A program made the translations under genes and the position numbers. Positions 60,159 through 64,000 of a stretch of 64,000 nt of DNA are shown piece after piece. The DNA lies in contig JAOZUR010000006.1 of NCBI GenBank assembly GCA_029938555.1, positions 10,425 to 74,424 of the forward strand, in the 5' to 3' direction. This stretch comes from Candidatus Sabulitectum sp. Its GTDB lineage: Bacteria; Fermentibacterota; Fermentibacteria; Fermentibacterales; JCC-6. The first letter of the stretch is position 1. Every line of letters begins with the position of its first letter. The notes under the pieces are model-generated. The model was not told the origin of the DNA. It made no database searches and was given only the letters and a program-made list of their open reading frames with translations.

Positions 60159-60803
60159 CTACCTAAAATTGCTTATGTACGAGGAAGTATTCTCTTGAAT
60201 AGTTTTCTTAACAACATTCCATCCTACTTCTTCAATAGTTATTGGGTCGGGTTCAAGATCAGCATCATCAAAGAATGTAAGACTTTTTAACACTTGAAAT
60301 GTATTTGTATGTAAAAATTTAAGTTCAAAGTATTTAATCATATCTTTTAAGCCATAACTTTTAAGCAAAAAGAAAATATCATAAAAATCTTTTTTCGCCC
60401 CTCTACCTGTTACTGCAGATAATTTCATAGCGATGATATCTTCAATAGACAACAACCTTATACCATCAATTTCCAAAATAGGATTTATCAGTGGATATGA
60501 ATATTTGATCAAATCTATCTCTACAATTTCATCCTTACCTTCGGTACTAAAAATATCAAGGCTAAGGCTATTCCTGGACCTGGTAATACTACCAATTGAA
60601 AAATGCTTCGATAGCTCTAAGATTAGTTTATCTACATCAAAGTCATCAATAGTAAACATATCAATATCAACTGAAATACGATGACCTAACTGCAGAGCAA
60701 GGGCTGTTCCACCCACAAGAAAAAAATCCTGTAGTGCATCTGATAGCATTAGTTTTCTTAGTAACTCCAAAGTTGTCGGATAGACGGTTCTGTATTGTAA
60801 CAT
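60159..60803 (-). CDS. AbiEii/AbiGii-family nucleotidyltransferase (type IV TA toxin-like, DUF1814)
   Basis: FFLVGGTALALQLGHRISVDIDMF is the family NTase motif, in a 214-aa product. Confidence 0.75.
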   Translation of the reverse strand: MLQYRTVYPTTLELLRKLMLSDALQDFFLVGGTALALQLGHRISVDIDMFTIDDFDVDKLILELSKHFSIGSITRSRNSLSLDIFSTEGKDEIVEIDLIKYSYPLINPILEIDGIRLLSIEDIIAMKLSAVTGRGAKKDFYDIFFLLKSYGLKDMIKYFELKFLHTNTFQVLKSLTFFDDADLEPDPITIEEVGWNVVKKTIQENTSSYISNFR

Positions 60804-61057
60804 CTGAATTTCTCTTTTGGTATGTTAAAGTGTGTACTACAAAAACTTAATGTAACCTTATCTAAGTATCTTATCTGAACTATCTCAACCTTAATTTTCT
60901 CTAAACCATAATACTTTCTTAGCTCTAACCAGTCATTCCAGTTTCCTCTGGTTAGCACTCGTTCCACAACATGACGAATATGTTTGTCATAATCAATGTT
61001 CTGGAATTTAGTATCCCAGAAAAGAGATTTCCTTAAAACAGGCTTTTGTTTTTCCAT
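60758..61057 (-). CDS. Small conserved partner protein of the nucleotidyltransferase (putative antitoxin; not AbiEi-like)
   Basis: 99 aa: LFWDTKFQNIDYDKHIRHVVERVLTRGNWNDWLELRKYYG...YLDKVTLSFCSTHFNIPKEKFRCY. From memory this matches a small family (annotated DUF6922, to be verified) often found upstream of such NTases. It overlaps the NTase start by 46 nt. Confidence 0.6.
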   Translation of the reverse strand: MEKQKPVLRKSLFWDTKFQNIDYDKHIRHVVERVLTRGNWNDWLELRKYYGLEKIKVEIVQIRYLDKVTLSFCSTHFNIPKEKFRCYNTEPSIRQLWSY

Positions 61058-61094
61058 GTTATCAATTTAAGCCTAAAAAAGGATGTTGTCAATT

Positions 61095-61300
61095 CACTTT
61101 TTTACTTATTCGAAAGTGGTAAATTACATATATCAAAATGCTTCAACAACTCTTCTGGTTCTGCATCCCATTGAGCCATTTTTCTTGAAATATTATCAGC
61201 CCGGCTGCCACAAAGCCAGTTATAATCTCTTTTAATCTGGTTTCTTTCTGATTTTAGAAAGACTAATTAAAACTGATATGCCAAGGGGGGTGCTATTCTG
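61095..61300 (-). pseudogene. Decayed partial duplicate: nitroreductase 3' end fused to an internal EamA-transporter fragment
   Basis: 61095-61207 aligns by eye with 62625-62740. The remnant encodes RADNISRKMAQWDAEPEELLKHFDICNLPLSNK*, compared with HISRKMVQWSTDPDELLKQLDICKLPLSK* in the intact gene. 61208-61300 aligns with 63640-63730 (for example GGTTTCTTTCTgATTTTAGAAAGACTaATTAAAA against GGTTTCTTTCTaATTTTAGAAAGACTgATTAAAA). Confidence 0.6.
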
Positions 61301-61423
61301 AAAAGAATTGTACATAATTCATATTGCATATAAATTGAAACCGGTTAAATGTAGAAACAATCTACTGAAAAATTAAATTGGTATGAGCATTTATTTTACG
61401 CTAACTGACAAGGAGGAGGAGGC

Positions 61424-62596
61424 ATGGTTATTGAGACAGAGTTTGCTACTGCCGAAAGATTGAGTTCTGAAGAAGTGGTGAAGCAGAGTCGAGAAATTTA
61501 CAGCCTTCCTTTTGTTCGAGATTTTCTAGATGCTGTACCGAATATGGCTCTGGTACTTAACGAGTACCGTCAGATTGTTTTTGCAAACTCTGCTTTCAGG
61601 GATTTTGTCGGTTATGAGGAACAGGATATTGATCTGAGTTGCCTTAAGACAAACTATTTAGGCGAGCGACCTGGAGAGGCAGTGGGTTGCATCCGCTCTC
61701 ATTTAACAGAAGGTGGCTGTGGAACAACTGTGTTCTGCCAAACCTGCGGTGCAGTCCGTAGTATTATAAATAGTCAGAAGCTGAACAAGCTCGACATCCA
61801 GGAATGTCGAATGCTTTGTGGTGAGGAAGAAAATCCTTTGGATCTTCGAATTTGGTCCCGACCTCTAGAGGTCAACGGAGTCAAATACACTGTGTTTTCG
61901 GTTATGGACATTAGTAATGAAAAACGACGCAAGGCACTGGAAAGAATATTTTTTCACGATGTTCTTAACACCGCTGGCGGCGTAAAAGGGCTTGCCGACT
62001 TGCTGAACGAAACTGAACTTGATGATAGTGAAATCAGAGGTGTGGCCGGCATGCTTTCGGAATCGTCAGATCAACTTATTGAAGAAATAAGCGCACAACG
62101 GATGCTGTCTGCAGCAGAAAGCGGTGATTTAAAGATAAATACTCAACCCATAGATTCTATCGAAATCATAAATCGTGTTATTCGTCAATTTCACTCGCAT
62201 AACATAGCGAAGGGCAAAGACCTATTGTTAAATGATGAATCAGAGAAATTTAATTTCAACTCTGATCCTGTTCTGTTAAGGCGGGTCCTGATAAATCTGA
62301 TAAAAAATGCACTTGAAGCAATTGCGAAAGGGCAAGTAGTAACTCTTAATTCTTTTGTTAAAAGTGATTCTGTTTACTTCACCGTGCACAATGCGATTTT
62401 CATTCCAGAAGAAATTCAACGTCAGATTTTCACTCGCTCTTTCTCTACTAAAGGGAGTGGACGAGGGTTGGGAACATACAGTATTAAACTAATCACAGAG
62501 AAATATCTACACGGAAATGTCTCTTTTGTCTCCACCACAGAAACAGGAACAGTCTTTACGCTGCGCTATCCTAAAACCATTGGATCCACCTGTTAG
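61424..62596 (+). CDS. Sensor histidine kinase with N-terminal Cys-rich PAS-like domain (cytoplasmic; no adjacent response regulator)
   Basis: H-box FFHDVLNTAGG, N-box LINLIKNALEA, G2 GSGRGLGTYS. The sensor region contains GCIRSHLTEGGCGTTVFCQTCG. A strong SD (AAGGAGGAGGAGG) precedes the ATG. Confidence 0.85.
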   Translation: MVIETEFATAERLSSEEVVKQSREIYSLPFVRDFLDAVPNMALVLNEYRQIVFANSAFRDFVGYEEQDIDLSCLKTNYLGERPGEAVGCIRSHLTEGGCGTTVFCQTCGAVRSIINSQKLNKLDIQECRMLCGEEENPLDLRIWSRPLEVNGVKYTVFSVMDISNEKRRKALERIFFHDVLNTAGGVKGLADLLNETELDDSEIRGVAGMLSESSDQLIEEISAQRMLSAAESGDLKINTQPIDSIEIINRVIRQFHSHNIAKGKDLLLNDESEKFNFNSDPVLLRRVLINLIKNALEAIAKGQVVTLNSFVKSDSVYFTVHNAIFIPEEIQRQIFTRSFSTKGSGRGLGTYSIKLITEKYLHGNVSFVSTTETGTVFTLRYPKTIGSTC

Positions 62597-62639
62597 GAAA
62601 CAAGGACTTCAAGGCATATCAGCAATTTGCTTTTGTGTA

Positions 62640-63404
62640 CTACTTCGAAAGAGGTAATTTACAAATATCAAGTTGCTTTAAAAGCTCGTCTGGGTCTGTA
62701 CTCCACTGCACCATTTTTCTTGAAATGTGCTCGGTCCAGCTGTAGTTGTCAAAAGTATATTTTTCCTCTTTAGTTTTGTCTGCAAGGGGAATCATAAAAC
62801 CGGCATTTTTGTAGTAGTCCTGAGCAAGATATCCGTCGTCCATTACAGCCATTGCCTTTTTTGTCATCTCTTCTGTTAACTCCGGGTACTTTTCCTCGAA
62901 GAGGTGAAATTCCATTGGGTATCGAGGACGGACAGGAGGATTTTCAGCAGGGAATCCCATTGGAAGAATCACAAGTGGAAAAACGTGATCAGGTAAATTA
63001 CAGTCTTCCCTGAGTTTTTCAGACATATATGGTGCAGCACCAATAAAGCAGCTACCCATACCAAGACTTTCTGCTGCTGTTACCATATTCTGAGCCATAT
63101 ATGCAGCGTCCTGCATTCCAAACAATAGGCTGTGAATGTTGGAAGCTTTTCGTTGCCAACCCCTTGTTTCCATTACCTTTTCCATTCTGTGCAGATCGCA
63201 CAGTATGACAAACTGAATGGGAGCATTAAAAGCATTTGTCTTACTGTTTCTCTGGATAACCAAACTACCAAGCTGCATGGCAAAAGGTGCCTGCTGACCG
63301 GCTCTTACAACAGTAAGAATTTCTTCCTCAGTTGGAACCTGGTCTGTGTAATTTCTTATTGATTTTCTGCTCATTAAAGAATCTATAACTTCATTTCTTA
63401 TCAT
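62640..63404 (-). CDS. Nitroreductase-family protein
   Basis: SRKSIRNYTDQVPTEEEILTVVRAGQQAPFAM... is a typical nitroreductase N-terminus, in a 254-aa product. Confidence 0.75.
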   Translation of the reverse strand: MIRNEVIDSLMSRKSIRNYTDQVPTEEEILTVVRAGQQAPFAMQLGSLVIQRNSKTNAFNAPIQFVILCDLHRMEKVMETRGWQRKASNIHSLLFGMQDAAYMAQNMVTAAESLGMGSCFIGAAPYMSEKLREDCNLPDHVFPLVILPMGFPAENPPVRPRYPMEFHLFEEKYPELTEEMTKKAMAVMDDGYLAQDYYKNAGFMIPLADKTKEEKYTFDNYSWTEHISRKMVQWSTDPDELLKQLDICKLPLSK

Positions 63405-63439
63405 TTTGGTCTCCCTGGTTTTTACATAATCCTTCTAAG

Positions 63440-64000
63440 TTATATATTGAGAAGAAGAAGCGCAACCATTGTAAGAACAATTGCAACAAACTCCTTACGG
63501 GAAAGTTTTTCTTTGTAAAATACCATACCCCCAACGCAGATTAAAGCAATCGACCCGGCACTGTATGTTGGAAAAACAACCGAAGCTGGCATTTTTGATA
63601 ATGCATTTATCAGGAAAAATGATGCAAAAAAGTTAGGAACTCCCACTGCAAGGCCAGTGATAATCTCTCGAGCATCGGGTTTCTTTCTAATTTTAGAAAG
63701 ACTGATTAAAAGCGCAGTGCCAAAAAGGAAAAACAGGAAGAAGTCTTTTACCTCAAGCATTCCATATCTTTGATATAACTTATTTGTAAACTCAGATATC
63801 CCGGAGGAGAGAAAAAGAAGCAATAGGGCAGGTTTTAATGATGAAAAAATATTCTTTGACTTGAAATCAAGATTTACCATAAGAATTGCACCTAGCGCCA
63901 AAAACATTCCAACCCATTGAAGACCACTGGGAAATTCCCTCCAGAAAACCAAACTGAAAATCATTGGAATAAGAATTCCAAGTTTTGCATAACTACCTGC
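63440..64000 (-). CDS. EamA/DMT-family transporter, N-terminus beyond the window edge
   Basis: A polytopic hydrophobic C-terminal half. The reading frame stays open from 63964 to nt 64000, so the gene is truncated by the window. Confidence 0.55.
   Translation of the reverse strand, partial: AGSYAKLGILIPMIFSLVFWREFPSGLQWVGMFLALGAILMVNLDFKSKNIFSSLKPALLLLFLSSGISEFTNKLYQRYGMLEVKDFFLFFLFGTALLISLSKIRKKPDAREIITGLAVGVPNFFASFFLINALSKMPASVVFPTYSAGSIALICVGGMVFYKEKLSRKEFVAIVLTMVALLLLNI

Overview
The window looks like part of an uncultivated bacterial genome. Three proteins carry T9SS-type (Por_Secre_tail-like) C-terminal sorting domains, which suggests the FCB group or a related candidate phylum, but taxonomy cannot be settled from this sequence. 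The core (about 3.3-38 kb) is one minus-strand translation/transcription supercluster: tRNA-Thr/Tyr/Gly/Thr, tuf, rpmG, tRNA-Trp, secE, nusG, rplKAJL, rpoBC, rpsLG, [break], fusA, [break], then the S10-spc-alpha genes rpsJ through rplQ, with pfkA appended. I recovered rpmJ, rpmG and five tRNAs by hand because the ORF track lacks them. The str region is broken twice by plus-strand accessory genes: a V4R protein, and a DUF937 plus BON-LysM (Kbp-like) pair. The left flank holds a 5'-truncated C25 (gingipain-like) protease, a CGGC protein, and a decayed higBA module whose toxin gene carries a frameshift and a precisely bounded 205-bp MITE-like insertion. The right flank (38-64 kb) is accessory. 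It contains a lipoprotein/MacB-like ABC/beta-propeller operon, a TPR-beta-barrel protein, lysC-uppP, four glycosyltransferases, and secreted FG-GAP/ASPIC proteins. It also contains a visibly AT-richer island with a 1154-aa protein that has kinase/STAND-ATPase/TPR/GAF-like architecture but lacks every catalytic motif. A coupled GNAT-methyltransferase pair and an AbiEii-type nucleotidyltransferase with a non-canonical small partner follow in the same island. After the island come a decayed partial duplicate of the neighbouring nitroreductase/EamA genes, an orphan Cys-rich PAS histidine kinase, a nitroreductase and a truncated EamA transporter. I saw no CRISPR array, rRNA, transposase or integrase. 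The best candidates for something undescribed are the pseudo-enzyme island (55.3-61.1 kb) and the MITE-like element in higB. All functional calls rest on motif recognition by eye and need profile or structure searches.
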